From contig CAZLLI010000002.1 in the NCBI GenBank assembly GCA_964560355.1, forward strand, positions 3,622-67,621: a stretch of DNA of 64,000 nt, written 5' to 3'. This document shows positions 20,429-30,548 of the stretch, one piece after another (positions within the stretch are counted from its first letter, which is position 1; each line of letters begins with the position of its first letter). This DNA comes from an uncultured bacterium (GTDB lineage Bacteria > Krumholzibacteriota > Krumholzibacteriia > WVZY01 > JAKEHA01). The notes beneath the pieces were generated by a model. It was not told where the DNA came from. It searched no databases and saw only the letters and a program-made list of their open reading frames with translations. The translations under genes and the position numbers were made by a program.

Positions 20429-21088
20429 GTGTGCAAGCGGCGCAGCCCGTGCTATCCTGTATCTGTGCTAACCATCCTCGGCAACCGGCGCCAGGACATC
20501 CTGAAGGCGCTCCTCAACGACAAGAACGGGGCCACCGTCGACGAGCTGTCGCGGCGCCTCGCGGTCACGCGCAACGCGGTGCGCCAGCACCTGGCCGCCC
20601 TCGCGAACGACGGCTTGGTGCGCGCGGGGGTAACGCGTCCGACCGGCGGGCGCCCCGAGCAGCTCTACGTCCTCACCGAAGCAGGCCGCGAGTTGTTTCC
20701 GCGCCAGTACTCGTGGTTCGCGCAGTTGGTGGTGGAGTCGATCAAAGGGGAGTCGGGGGCGGAAGGGTTGCGCCGGCGCCTGGCGTCGCTGGGGAGCGCG
20801 GTCGCCAAGCAACTGCGCGCGCGCGCGAGTGCGCTCAAGAGCCGGCGCGAGAAGGTCGCGCGCCTGGCCGGTCTAATGAGCGAATTGGGTTACCACGCGA
20901 GGGCCTCGTCGCCGTCGGTCATCGAGGCGGACAACTGCGTGTTCCATGACTTGGCGAAGAAGCACCCCGAGGTGTGTCAGTTCGACCTGGCGCTGCTCGC
21001 GACCTTCACGGATTCCAAGGTAGAGCACGCCGAGTGCATGGCGAAGGGCGGCAACGTGTGCCGCTTCAAGTTCAGCTCCAGGCGCTAG
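20429..21088 (+). CDS. Winged-helix (ArsR/MarR-like) transcriptional regulator with Cys-rich C-terminal domain
   Basis: N-terminal HTH (VDELSRRLAVTRNAVRQHLAALANDGLV). The C-terminal 70 aa carry C.FH..C and C..C motifs, a putative metal site. Start is GTG 20429 or a downstream GTG. Confidence 0.65.
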   Translation: MCKRRSPCYPVSVLTILGNRRQDILKALLNDKNGATVDELSRRLAVTRNAVRQHLAALANDGLVRAGVTRPTGGRPEQLYVLTEAGRELFPRQYSWFAQLVVESIKGESGAEGLRRRLASLGSAVAKQLRARASALKSRREKVARLAGLMSELGYHARASSPSVIEADNCVFHDLAKKHPEVCQFDLALLATFTDSKVEHAECMAKGGNVCRFKFSSRR

Positions 21089-21091
21089 CGC

Positions 21092-23836
21092 CTACCGCAC
21101 CACCGTCACGCGCCGCGTGAGCACCGACGACGCAGCGCGCATCCGCACGAAATAGACCCCCGAGCTCACGCGCTCGCCGCGGTCGCCGCGCAGGTCCCAC
21201 GCGGCGGTGTGCATGCCTTTGGCGCGGCGCTCGTCGAGCACGGTGCGCACGCGCGCGCCGCGCACGTCGAATACCTCGATGCGCACGGGGCCGTCGTTCT
21301 CGACGCGGAAGCCGAGGGTGGCCGCGCGCCCGGTCGGATTTTCTCCCGCGATCCACAACAACGCCGGCGCGCCGCGCTTCGCGGGAAGGACCGCGGTCGC
21401 GGTGGTGTCGGGTACCGACGTCGGGTCGCCGGGGTCGGAGCCGGCGTCGAGTTCGTCGCCGTCGCGATAGCCGTCGAGATCGCGGTCGACGCCGAGCCGG
21501 TCTTCGCAGCCCTCCAGCACACCCGTGAACGTGATCTCGGTGCCGGCGCCCGCCATGGAGAGGAGCTGGAGCTGCGAGAGGTCGGCTTCGCTCTCCTTGT
21601 CGGGGCGATACGATCCGCCGCCGATGTACACCCACCCGCGCGGCTGTCCGCCCGCGCGTCCCTTCGCCACCAGCCCGATGGTGTTGGCGTCGGCGAGCGA
21701 CTCGAGCGTGTTCACGCGCGCGATGCCCGCGGGCTCGTTGCTCCCGTCCATGGTCCACTGCGCGCCCACGCCGGGGTGGGTCGGGGTGGCGAAGGCGAGC
21801 ATGAACGCTTCCACGTCGTGCTGGTCCTGGTCGTTCGCGAACGTGAACAACGGAAATTCGAAGAAGTCGAACAGCGTGCCGAATTCGCCGTCGTGGGTGA
21901 AACCGAAACCGCGCACGCTGGTCGGGCCCGCCGCGTTGAATCCGGTCTTCTTGTAGAGATTGCGCAGCTGCGGAACCTTGCGCGCTTCGTCTTGCAAGAG
22001 CGCGCCGGCGGGAATGATGAAACCGTTCTCGCCGGTGGGGAGCGTGTGACAGAACACGCACTGCCCGCCGCCGAACAACCCGCCGCTCGAAAACAACGAC
22101 TGGCCGTGCGACGGGTCGGCGCCGTCGAGCGTCGCGGGCAGCGAGCCGTCGAGCTCGCGGAACGGATTCGACGGGTAGCGCATGCTGAACACGAACTGCG
22201 TGAACGTCGTCATGTCGCCGGGCGAAAGCGACGACGGCGCGCCCAAGAGTCCCATGAAGGCGACGTTGAAATCGGCCAGCGTCGCGCGGTCGCCGCGCCA
22301 GTGCAGCGGCTCGGTGCCCGAGAGGCTCTTCAGAGCTTGCGTCACCATCGGGCCCTTCATGGGGTGGAACGGAGGCAAGCCCGGCGTTTGTCCGGGGGGC
22401 ACCGGGATGGTGGATGCCGCGGACGGGTCGCCCAGATCCCACGCCAAGCCGTCCATGTCGCCGAACACGTGACAACTCCCGCACGCCAAGTCTCCGTGCG
22501 CCGACGAGATCTCGCCGTCGTACAGGAAATGTCGGCCGTCGCGCACGTAGGAAGGACTCGGGTCGAACCCGAGCGAAACTTCCTGCGACGAATCGTTCGA
22601 CAAGTCGACCACCGAGATCGAGCTCGAGAAGCGGTCGAGGACGTAGAGGCGGTTGCGCGTCTCGTCGAGCGCGAGGCCGCCGGGCCCGTCGCCCACCGCG
22701 ATGCGCCGCGTCACCGCGCCGCTCGCGTCGAGCACCGCGACCTTGCGCGACCCGAACGCCGCCACGTACACCGACTGGCCGTCGCCCGCGATGGCGACGT
22801 CGAGCGGGATGCACACCGACTGCGCGCGCTCGCCCGCGTTGCCGGCCGGCGTCCCGTAGTCGATGTGTGCGTTCAAGTGCGACGGCGTCGCGATGCCGCT
22901 ATTCGGGTCGACGATCGTGATCCGGTTCTGCAGGAACTTGCCGCGCACATTGGGCTCGAAGCGGATCTGGTTCGACGCGTCCTGGTTGGTCACGTACAGA
23001 TTGCCCGACGGATGCACGGCGATATTGAACAGGGTAGTGCCGACGCCGTGATAGTTCGCGACCACCGAAAGCGACGCCGCGCTCACGGCGACGACGTCGT
23101 TGTCGAGCAGCGTGAAGGGAAGAAACGCGTCCCAGTTGCGCCCGATTTCGTCGAGCCAGTTGGCGCCGTCGTGCTGGACGATGAGCGCCACGTTCGGCGC
23201 CGCCGGCAGCGCGGGATTCATGGGCGGCGTGGGCGCCGGCAGCCCGCCGTTCGCCTGCACGACGTCGGCGCCCACCAGCGTGGTCCGGTTCCCGCTGTCG
23301 AGCGCGCACACGTACACGGTCGTTTGGTCCGGCGACAGCGCGAGCGCGCGCGGCGAACCCATCGCGAGCGGAATGTCGACGGGGGGCGCTTCGAGGTCGA
23401 GCAAGTCGTAGACGCGCAGCTTGGCTTCGCGCGACACGCACACGAACGCGCGCCCGCCCGCGAACACGACGTCGGTGGGTTCGTCGCCGACCAACAGCGT
23501 GCGCACCACGTGGCCGCTCGACAGGTCGACGATGCTAATGTCGTCGGAGACATGATTGACGACCCACACTTCGCTCGCCGTGCGCGCGCGCACGGTAACG
23601 GGCTCGAGCCCGACCATGACCTCCGCCATCTTGTGCGGCGGGTCGACGGTCAGGTCGAACGCGACCAAGCGATGGTCGGCGGTGTGCGCGGCGTAGAGGA
23701 TGTTGCCGCCCGGCGCCAAATCGAGCGGGTGCACGGGGGCGCTTTCGAAGTGCGTGAGGTCGTCGGAAAAGGAGAGCGACGGCGATAGGACCGACAGCAA
23801 TACCACAAGCGACGAACGGAGCGCGGTACCGAGCAT
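21092..23836 (-). CDS. Secreted beta-propeller (YVTN-like) fused to diheme cytochrome c peroxidase/MauG-like domain, with C-terminal FlgD-Ig/T9SS-type sorting domain
   Basis: 914 aa with a signal peptide. Two CxxCH heme motifs (CGSCH, CVFCH) lie in the central region. The C-terminus (VFDVRGARVRTV..GVYFVRMRA) resembles a Por-secretion tail. Confidence 0.8.
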   Translation of the reverse strand: MLGTALRSSLVVLLSVLSPSLSFSDDLTHFESAPVHPLDLAPGGNILYAAHTADHRLVAFDLTVDPPHKMAEVMVGLEPVTVRARTASEVWVVNHVSDDISIVDLSSGHVVRTLLVGDEPTDVVFAGGRAFVCVSREAKLRVYDLLDLEAPPVDIPLAMGSPRALALSPDQTTVYVCALDSGNRTTLVGADVVQANGGLPAPTPPMNPALPAAPNVALIVQHDGANWLDEIGRNWDAFLPFTLLDNDVVAVSAASLSVVANYHGVGTTLFNIAVHPSGNLYVTNQDASNQIRFEPNVRGKFLQNRITIVDPNSGIATPSHLNAHIDYGTPAGNAGERAQSVCIPLDVAIAGDGQSVYVAAFGSRKVAVLDASGAVTRRIAVGDGPGGLALDETRNRLYVLDRFSSSISVVDLSNDSSQEVSLGFDPSPSYVRDGRHFLYDGEISSAHGDLACGSCHVFGDMDGLAWDLGDPSAASTIPVPPGQTPGLPPFHPMKGPMVTQALKSLSGTEPLHWRGDRATLADFNVAFMGLLGAPSSLSPGDMTTFTQFVFSMRYPSNPFRELDGSLPATLDGADPSHGQSLFSSGGLFGGGQCVFCHTLPTGENGFIIPAGALLQDEARKVPQLRNLYKKTGFNAAGPTSVRGFGFTHDGEFGTLFDFFEFPLFTFANDQDQHDVEAFMLAFATPTHPGVGAQWTMDGSNEPAGIARVNTLESLADANTIGLVAKGRAGGQPRGWVYIGGGSYRPDKESEADLSQLQLLSMAGAGTEITFTGVLEGCEDRLGVDRDLDGYRDGDELDAGSDPGDPTSVPDTTATAVLPAKRGAPALLWIAGENPTGRAATLGFRVENDGPVRIEVFDVRGARVRTVLDERRAKGMHTAAWDLRGDRGERVSSGVYFVRMRAASSVLTRRVTVVR

Positions 23837-23975
23837 CGGGTGTGTCTCCTAGACGAATCGGAGTGACGGAATCGCCAAGCGTGAGGGTTGATTTTAGCAT
23901 ACCGTCGCGCCTCACCACAACCGCGGAGTAACGACGCTTGCACGAAATATCGCGTCCGCGTTAGCCTCTCCAACC

Positions 23976-24293
23976 ATGCACTGGGTTTATTTGTTCTGCG
24001 CGGGCGTGATGGAGTGGGGTTGGCCCATCGGGCTCAAGTTCGCGTCGCAACCGCAGCACCGTCAGTGGGCCATTCCCATGGCGATCGTTTCTATTGTATT
24101 GAGCGGGTGGCTCTTGCTGCTTGCGCAGCGCGCGATTCCCATCGGCACCGCTTACGCGGTGTGGACCGGCATCGGCGCGGTGGGGACGTTCGTGCTGGGC
24201 ATCCTCTTGCTCGGCGAGCCCGCGCAGCTCGCGCGCTTCTTCTTCGTCGGACTGATTATCGTGGGGATCTTGGGACTGAAGTGGGTCAGCTAG
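23976..24293 (+). CDS. sugE: SMR family guanidinium/quaternary ammonium exporter (SugE/Gdx)
   Basis: 105 aa with 4 TM helices. GTAYAVWTGIGAVG matches E. coli SugE closely, and the conserved Glu sits in TM1 (MEWGWP). Confidence 0.9.
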   Translation: MHWVYLFCAGVMEWGWPIGLKFASQPQHRQWAIPMAIVSIVLSGWLLLLAQRAIPIGTAYAVWTGIGAVGTFVLGILLLGEPAQLARFFFVGLIIVGILGLKWVS

Positions 24294-26125
24294 GCCGCCG
24301 CCGGTCGCTTCGACGCAACCTTGCGCTCTTGGTCGTTCAGGATCTTCTTGCGCAGTCGAATCGATTTGGGTGTGACTTCCACCAATTCGTCGTCTTCGAT
24401 GAACTCGAGCGCGAACTCGAGCGTCATCTCGCGCGGGGGAGTGAGCTGGATGGCGTCGTCGGCGCCCGACGAGCGCATGTTGGTGAGCTTCTTCTCCTTG
24501 ATGGCGTTGACGACCAAGTCCGAGCCCTTGTTGTTGACGCCGATGATCATGCCTTCGTACACGGTGTCGCCGGGGTGGATCAGGATCTCGCCGCGTTCCT
24601 CCAGGCTCCATAGCGCGTACGCCACCGCGGTTCCGGGGTGGAGCGCGATCTGGACGCCGTTGTTGCGCTGCGGCATGTCGCCCTTGAACTCCTGGTACTC
24701 GTAGAAATTCTGATACATGACGCCGGTGCCGCGCGTCATGGTGAGAAACTCGCTGCGGAAGCCGATCAAGCCGCGCGTCGCGATCAAGAACTCCATGCGT
24801 ATGGTTCCAACGGCACTCGTCGACATGGACTTCATCTCGCCCTTGCGCTTACCCATGGCCTCGATGACGACACCCTCGAAGCCGGGGTCGACTTCGACCA
24901 CGACTTCCTCCACCGGCTCCATGACCTGCCCGTCGACTTCCTTCAAGATGACGCGCGGGCGCGAGACTTCCATCTCGTAGCCCTCGCGGCGCATGGTCTC
25001 GATCAAGATCGACAGGTGGAGCTCGCCGCGGCCCGACACCTTCAAACGCTCGCCACCGTCGGCGTCTTCCACGCGGATGCCGACGTTGATCATCGCTTCG
25101 TGCTCCAAGCGCTCCCTTATATGTCGCGAGGTCAAGAACCGCCCGCCGTCTTTGCCGGATAGCGGACTCGTGTTGTGCGAGAAGAACATCGAGATGGTCG
25201 GTTCGTCGACCTTGATCAGCGGCAGCGCCTCGGGCCGTTCGGGCGACGCGAGCGTGTCGCCGACGTGGACGTCTTCGATGCCCGCGATGGAGACGATGTC
25301 GCCGGCCAGCGCCGACTGGACTTCGGAGCGCTTGAGACCGGTGTAGCGCAAGATACGCGTGACTTTCGCCCGTTCGGTCGCGTGGTCGCGCTTGATGAGG
25401 ACGACGGGATCCCCGAGCTTGACCGACCCGTGGTAGATGCGCCCGCTCCCGATGCGTCCCATGTACGAGTCGTAGTCGAGCATGGTGACGAGCATCTGGA
25501 ACGGGTGGTCGACTTCGGCAACGGGCGGCAGCACGCGGTGCACGATGGTCTCGAGCAGGGCCTTCATGTCGGTGGCCGGCTCGTCGAGGTCCATGGTGGC
25601 CCAGCCGTTCTTGCCCGACGCGTACACGATGGGGAAGTCGAGCTGCTCGTCGGTCGCGTTGAGCTCGCAGAACAGATCAAAAGTCAAGTCGGCGACTTCG
25701 TGCGGACGCGCGTGCGGGCGGTCGATCTTATTGATGACGACGATGGGCTTCAAGTGCAGCTCGAGCGACTTCTTCAGCACGAACTTGGTCTGCGGCATGG
25801 GGCCGTCGAAGGCGTCCACGAGCAAGAGCACGCCGTCGACCATGCGCAGGATGCGCTCGACTTCGCTCCCGAAGTCCGCGTGCCCGGGCGTGTCGACGAT
25901 ATTGATGGTCAGATCCTTGTAGCGGATCGACGCGTTCTTGGAGAAGATGGTGATGCCGCGCTCCTTCTCCAACGGGTTGGAGTCGAGGATCGTCACCTCG
26001 CCCTCTTTGAAGGCGTGCGCGCCCGTCTGCTTCAACAGCGCGTCGACCAGGGTGGTTTTGCCGTGGTCGACGTGGGCGATGATCGCGATATTGCGGACGT
26101 CTTTGCGTCGTTTCTGGTTGGGCAT
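24290..26125 (-). CDS. typA: Translational GTPase TypA/BipA
   Basis: AHVDHGKTT and DTPGH G-motifs, about 611 aa. The track ORF extends to 28084, but the true start is ATG at 26125 ([16 protein letters not shown]). Confidence 0.92.
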   Translation of the reverse strand: MPNQKRRKDVRNIAIIAHVDHGKTTLVDALLKQTGAHAFKEGEVTILDSNPLEKERGITIFSKNASIRYKDLTINIVDTPGHADFGSEVERILRMVDGVLLLVDAFDGPMPQTKFVLKKSLELHLKPIVVINKIDRPHARPHEVADLTFDLFCELNATDEQLDFPIVYASGKNGWATMDLDEPATDMKALLETIVHRVLPPVAEVDHPFQMLVTMLDYDSYMGRIGSGRIYHGSVKLGDPVVLIKRDHATERAKVTRILRYTGLKRSEVQSALAGDIVSIAGIEDVHVGDTLASPERPEALPLIKVDEPTISMFFSHNTSPLSGKDGGRFLTSRHIRERLEHEAMINVGIRVEDADGGERLKVSGRGELHLSILIETMRREGYEMEVSRPRVILKEVDGQVMEPVEEVVVEVDPGFEGVVIEAMGKRKGEMKSMSTSAVGTIRMEFLIATRGLIGFRSEFLTMTRGTGVMYQNFYEYQEFKGDMPQRNNGVQIALHPGTAVAYALWSLEERGEILIHPGDTVYEGMIIGVNNKGSDLVVNAIKEKKLTNMRSSGADDAIQLTPPREMTLEFALEFIEDDELVEVTPKSIRLRKKILNDQERKVASKRPAAA

Positions 26126-26245
26126 ACGATGATTGCGCTTTTTCGCGCGGGCGACGTAATATAGGCCAAACCCGAACCGGCTGCAACGACCGAAATCGCG
26201 GCCGCGAGGCCGCGCAATCGCGGCCGAAAGGAAGTCCGGCCCTCC

Positions 26246-27862
26246 ATGCAAGCCCGACACGTCGTCTCGAAATGGATCGTGCGCGCCCTTTGGGTGTGGT
26301 GCGCGCTGGCCGCGTCCGCGTCGGCCGCCGCCGAGGTCGCCGAACCCGCGGTGGTTCGCTTCCAGAACCGCGAGATCGTGCTCTTGCGCGCGACGCTGGG
26401 ACCGCTCACGCCGCAAGAGCGCGCCGACGCCGCCATGGCGCGGCTCGCCCAGGTCCACGGCAGCGAGTACCGCAGCGACGTCAGCGTCGTCCCGTACGGC
26501 GACTCGCGCGCGCTCATCCTGGGCACTCGCATCGTTGTCGGCATCGCGCCGGGCGACGTCGACGCGAGCGCGGGCGAGACCGTCGACACCATCGCGGAGC
26601 AGGCCGCGGCGAACCTGCGCGAAGCGCTGGCGTCGTGGGGCGAGCAGCGCCGGCCCGAGGTGGTCGTGCGCGGCGTCACCCATGTGCTCATCGCGAGCGT
26701 GCTCGCGCTCGTGCTCCTCGTGGTCGTGAATTGGCTGCGGCGCCGCGTCATGAGCTTGCTGCCGTCGCGCGCCGAGCGCGCGCTCGAGCGGCGCCACGTC
26801 ACCCTGTTCGGGCAAGACGTGCGGGGCATCACCGTCAAAGGGGTTCACTTCCTGATCGGCCTCACCGCGGGCATCGCCGCGCTCGCCGTGGGTTACATGT
26901 GGCTCACGTACAGCCTGCGGCAGTTCCCGCTCACGGAACCGTGGGGCGACGGGCTGGCGGGATTCCTCATCGGCATCGCCACGACCATCGCGCTCGGGAT
27001 CCTGCGCGGCATTCCCGACATGGTGATGGTGGTGCTGGTGCTGGTGGTGACGAAACTGTTCGCGCGCGGCGTCGCGACGCTGTTCGACGCGGTCGAGCAG
27101 GGGCACGTCAAGGTGCGCGGCGTCCACCCCGACACCGCCGACGCGACCCGCCGCATCGTCACCGCATTGGTGTGGGTATTCGGCGTCGCCGTCGCGTATC
27201 CGTTCATCCCCGGTTCCAGCAGCGAGGCGTTCAAGGGCATCAGCGTGCTGGTCGGCCTCATGATCTCGCTGGGGTCGTCGGGCGTCATTAACCAGGCCAT
27301 GAGCGGCATGGTGGTGGTGTTTTCGCGCGCGCTCAAGGCGGGCGAGTACGTGTGCATCGCCGAGTTCGAGGGCACCGTGACCGAAGTGGGCGCGCTGTCG
27401 ACCAAGCTGCGCACGCCGCGCAACGAGGAGATCAACATTCCCAACGCGACGCTGGTGTCGAGCACGACCAAGAACTACTCGCGCCTCGCGCAAGAGCACG
27501 GGCTGGTGGTGTGGGCGACGGCCGGCATCGGTTACGACGCGCCGTGGCGCACCGTGCACAAGCTCTTGATCGGCGCCGCGCTCAAGACGCCGGGTCTGCG
27601 CCACGACCCGCCGCCGTTCGTGCGCCAGGGCGCGCTGTCCGCGTTTTGCGTCGACTACTATGTCAACGCCTTCATCGAGAACCCCGCGGATCGATTCAAG
27701 GTGTTGTCGGACTTGCACGCCAACGTGCAGGACGCGTTCAACGAAGCCGGCCTCCAGATCATGACGCCGGCCTTCGAGAGTCAGCCGTCGGAACCGGTTT
27801 TGGTGCCGAAGTCGAAGTGGAACCTGGGCGATGCGCCCACACCGCAGAGCAAGGCACCATAG
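26246..27862 (+). CDS. Mechanosensitive ion channel (MscS) family protein
   Basis: Signal peptide or first TM, then several TM helices followed by an MscS-like beta domain (GEYVCIAEFEGTVTEVGALSTKLRT). Confidence 0.75.
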   Translation: MQARHVVSKWIVRALWVWCALAASASAAAEVAEPAVVRFQNREIVLLRATLGPLTPQERADAAMARLAQVHGSEYRSDVSVVPYGDSRALILGTRIVVGIAPGDVDASAGETVDTIAEQAAANLREALASWGEQRRPEVVVRGVTHVLIASVLALVLLVVVNWLRRRVMSLLPSRAERALERRHVTLFGQDVRGITVKGVHFLIGLTAGIAALAVGYMWLTYSLRQFPLTEPWGDGLAGFLIGIATTIALGILRGIPDMVMVVLVLVVTKLFARGVATLFDAVEQGHVKVRGVHPDTADATRRIVTALVWVFGVAVAYPFIPGSSSEAFKGISVLVGLMISLGSSGVINQAMSGMVVVFSRALKAGEYVCIAEFEGTVTEVGALSTKLRTPRNEEINIPNATLVSSTTKNYSRLAQEHGLVVWATAGIGYDAPWRTVHKLLIGAALKTPGLRHDPPPFVRQGALSAFCVDYYVNAFIENPADRFKVLSDLHANVQDAFNEAGLQIMTPAFESQPSEPVLVPKSKWNLGDAPTPQSKAP

Positions 27863-27875
27863 AATGGAGGAGCGA

Positions 27876-28493
27876 ATGAAGAGGGCAAGCAAAGTCGTGG
27901 TCGGTATCGTCGCCGCGGCGGCGGTGGGGGCGTGCGGGAACACGCAGGTGCTCAATTCGTGGACCGATTCACAGATGACGCCCGCGCCGGCCAAGCGCAT
28001 CGTGGTGGTGGGGCTCTCCGGCGTCGAAACCACGCGCCGCTTGTTCGAAGACACCTTCAGCCAAGAGCTCAAGAACCGCGGCAACGACGCGGTGCCGGGT
28101 TACACGGTGCTCCCGAAAGGTCTCGAAGCGAATCCGGACTCGGCGCTCGCCGCCATTCGCAAGGCCGGCTTCGACGCGGCGCTGACCGCGCGCTCGATGG
28201 GCGTTCGCACCGAGGAAACGGAGACGGTGGGAACCGCGTACTACATTCCCGACTCCGGCTACTCGACCTGGGGCGGCTACTACGGCGCCGTCTACGGCGA
28301 TATCACCGCCAACACCTACACGCAGCGCTCGGAGAAAGCCATGGTCGAGACCAACCTCTACCAAACGGCGAACGCCAAGCTGGTGTGGAGCGCGCGCTCG
28401 GAAACGACGAGTACCGGCAAGCTCACCGAGGGCATGCGCGACTACGCGCGCACGGTGGTGGGCGAGCTCGGAAAGAGCGGCTTCATCAAGTGA
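27876..28493 (+). CDS. DUF4136-like lipoprotein
   Basis: GGAGG RBS 6 nt upstream of the ATG. Signal peptide with lipobox (AVGAC). Confidence 0.7.
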   Translation: MKRASKVVVGIVAAAAVGACGNTQVLNSWTDSQMTPAPAKRIVVVGLSGVETTRRLFEDTFSQELKNRGNDAVPGYTVLPKGLEANPDSALAAIRKAGFDAALTARSMGVRTEETETVGTAYYIPDSGYSTWGGYYGAVYGDITANTYTQRSEKAMVETNLYQTANAKLVWSARSETTSTGKLTEGMRDYARTVVGELGKSGFIK

Positions 28494-28509
28494 GGCGGGC
28501 GCGGCGCAC

Positions 28510-30120
28510 ATGATCGGTTACCTGGCGCGGAAGGTCCGACGCCACCGCGCACGGCGAACGTTTCGCGAGTACGGCTTCGACGTAAAGCGCTTCGCGCTCG
28601 CGCGCGACGGCGACGTCGAGTACGCGCAGTGGCAGCACCCCTTCGAGAAACCGAAGACGATCGTGCAGGACGACGTCGACGGGCTGCGGCGCTTCATCCG
28701 CGCGGGCGACACCGCCATCGACGTGGGCGCGCACACCGGCGACACCACGGTGCCGATGGCGCTCGCGTGCGGCCCCGACGGCGTCGTGGTGGCGTTCGAG
28801 CCCAACCCGCACGTGTTCAAGGTGCTCGAGGAAAACGCGCGCCTCAACCCCGACAAGACTCACATCGTCGCGCTCAATTTCGCGGCCACCGAAGACGACG
28901 GCGACTTCCAGTTCCACTACTGGGACGCGTCGTTCGGAAACGGCGGCTACCTCTCGCGCCTTCGCAACCAGCGCCACGGCCACCGCTATCCGCTGCGCGT
29001 GAAGGGGCGCAACCTCGAGCGCTACCTGCGCACGAACTTCGCCGACCGCCTCGCGCGCCTCACGTTCCTCAAGACCGACTGCGAGGGCTACGACAAGGAT
29101 GTGCTGCGCTCGTTGCGCGGGGTGTTGCGGGAGTTCCGCCCCGTCGTCGTGTGCGAAGTGCACAAGAAGCTCGACCACGCCGAGCGTCATGAGCTCTTCG
29201 ACGTGCTGAAGGACGCCGGCTACGTCCTCCACACGTACCAAGGCGGCGCGCACCCGGTGGGCGACGCCCTCGCGCGCGACGACCTCGCGAAGTTTCCGCG
29301 CCTCGACGTGATCGCGTTCCCCGAGGAGAGGGGAGCCGGCGAGACCCGCGGGGACGCGGGACGCCAACCGCTCCCGTCGACCGCGTCCACGCCGTTCGTC
29401 GAGCGGCGCGCGACGCCGATCGGCCGCGCGCAGCGCGTGCTCAAGGTCGCGGGGTGGATCTTCGTGGCGTGGATCGTGCTCACGGTCGGGCCCGTGATCG
29501 CGCTGCGGTGGGTCGACCCGCCGACCTCGGCCTTCATGGTGCAGCGCCGCATCGAGGGGCTCGTGCACCCGTCGCACCGCGTCGCCATCCAGTACCACTG
29601 GGTCGACATGGACCGCGTGTCGAAGAACACGCGCCTCGCCATGATCGCGGCCGAAGACCAGCGCTTCACCGAACACGACGGCTTCGACTTCGACGCGATC
29701 GAGAAGGCGCGCGAGCACAACCGCCGGCGCGGGCGCTTGCGCGGCGCGAGCACCATCTCGCAGCAGGTGGCGAAGAACTTGTTCCTGTGGCCCGGTCGCA
29801 GCTGGTTTCGCAAGGGCGTCGAGGCGGGTTATACCATCCTCATCGAAGCGTTGTGGCCCAAGAAGCGCGTGCTCGAGGTGTACCTCAACATCGCGGAGTT
29901 CGGCGACGGCGTCTACGGCGTCGACGCGGCGTCGCGGCGCTTCTTCCACAAGTCGCCCGCGCGCCTGGGCCGGCATGAGAGCGCGCTGCTCGCGGCCGTG
30001 CTGCCCAACCCGCGCCGCTTCAAGGTCGACAAGCCGTCGAAGTACGTCGAGCGGCGCGCGTGGTGGATCGAGCGCCAGATGATTCGACTGGGCCCGGCCG
30101 CGCTGGAGCCGCTGTCGTGA
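28510..30120 (+). CDS. Fusion protein: FkbM-family methyltransferase (N-terminal about 270 aa) + monofunctional peptidoglycan glycosyltransferase MtgA (GT51, C-terminal about 250 aa)
   Basis: FkbM motifs [18 protein letters not shown] helix follows, then the MtgA hallmarks [30 protein letters not shown] and NIAEFG. One uninterrupted ORF. Confidence 0.8.
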   Translation: MIGYLARKVRRHRARRTFREYGFDVKRFALARDGDVEYAQWQHPFEKPKTIVQDDVDGLRRFIRAGDTAIDVGAHTGDTTVPMALACGPDGVVVAFEPNPHVFKVLEENARLNPDKTHIVALNFAATEDDGDFQFHYWDASFGNGGYLSRLRNQRHGHRYPLRVKGRNLERYLRTNFADRLARLTFLKTDCEGYDKDVLRSLRGVLREFRPVVVCEVHKKLDHAERHELFDVLKDAGYVLHTYQGGAHPVGDALARDDLAKFPRLDVIAFPEERGAGETRGDAGRQPLPSTASTPFVERRATPIGRAQRVLKVAGWIFVAWIVLTVGPVIALRWVDPPTSAFMVQRRIEGLVHPSHRVAIQYHWVDMDRVSKNTRLAMIAAEDQRFTEHDGFDFDAIEKAREHNRRRGRLRGASTISQQVAKNLFLWPGRSWFRKGVEAGYTILIEALWPKKRVLEVYLNIAEFGDGVYGVDAASRRFFHKSPARLGRHESALLAAVLPNPRRFKVDKPSKYVERRAWWIERQMIRLGPAALEPLS

Positions 30121-30548
30121 CCACGACGCGCGCACTCGCCTACGGTTGGGCGTCTCCCACCACGGCGGTCGGCTTGGTGCTGGTGGCGGCGGCGCTGGCG
30201 ACGGGCGCGCGCGCGTCCGTGGTCGACGGCGTGGTGGAGGCGCACGGCGGATTGCTCGACGCGATGCTGCGTCGCTTCGTGCCGTTGCGCGGCGGGGCCA
30301 GCGCGATGACGCTCGGGCACGTCGTGGTGGGGCGCGATCCGGGATCGCTCGATCGCACGCGCGCGCACGAGCGCGCGCACGTGCGCCAGGCGGAACGGTG
30401 GGGTCCGTTCTTCCTCCCCGCGTACGTGGCGTCGTCGCTCGCGGTCGCGCTGCGCGGCGGGCACTACTATCGCGACAATCGTTTCGAGCGCGAGGCGGTC
30501 GCGGTGGCGTCGCAGGGTGCTCGGGCACCGGAAGGAGTCCGCTCGTGA
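30117..30548 (+). CDS. Hypothetical protein with HExxH (HERAH) motif, putative mini metallo-hydrolase
   Basis: GTG start overlapping the upstream TGA. 143 aa with a hydrophobic N-terminus. In frame with track ORF 30060-30548. Confidence 0.5.
   Translation: MTTTRALAYGWASPTTAVGLVLVAAALATGARASVVDGVVEAHGGLLDAMLRRFVPLRGGASAMTLGHVVVGRDPGSLDRTRAHERAHVRQAERWGPFFLPAYVASSLAVALRGGHYYRDNRFEREAVAVASQGARAPEGVRS

Noticed and set aside
20429-21088. Assigning the regulator to a specific metal such as arsenic, zinc or copper
   Set aside because: The family is recognisable only at fold level, and the Cys-rich tail is suggestive but not diagnostic.
21209-23788. 859-aa plus-strand ORF and several 100-200 aa ORFs opposite the beta-propeller/diheme gene
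   Set aside because: Low-complexity translations. The minus-strand product has a signal peptide, CxxCH motifs and a sorting domain.
23837-23975. Guanidine-I/II/III riboswitch upstream of sugE
   Set aside because: Conserved blocks of ykkC (GGGA..ACGR..GGGACAAAAGCCCGGGAG), of mini-ykkC (two GG-ACGR-CC hairpins) and of ykkC-III could not be found by eye. Kept only as a low-confidence finding pending an Rfam scan.
24290-28084. 1264-aa reading of the typA ORF as given by the track
   Set aside because: The N-terminal 650 aa are low-complexity and overlap the plus-strand MscS gene. The TypA homology begins at [25 protein letters not shown] (ATG at 26125).
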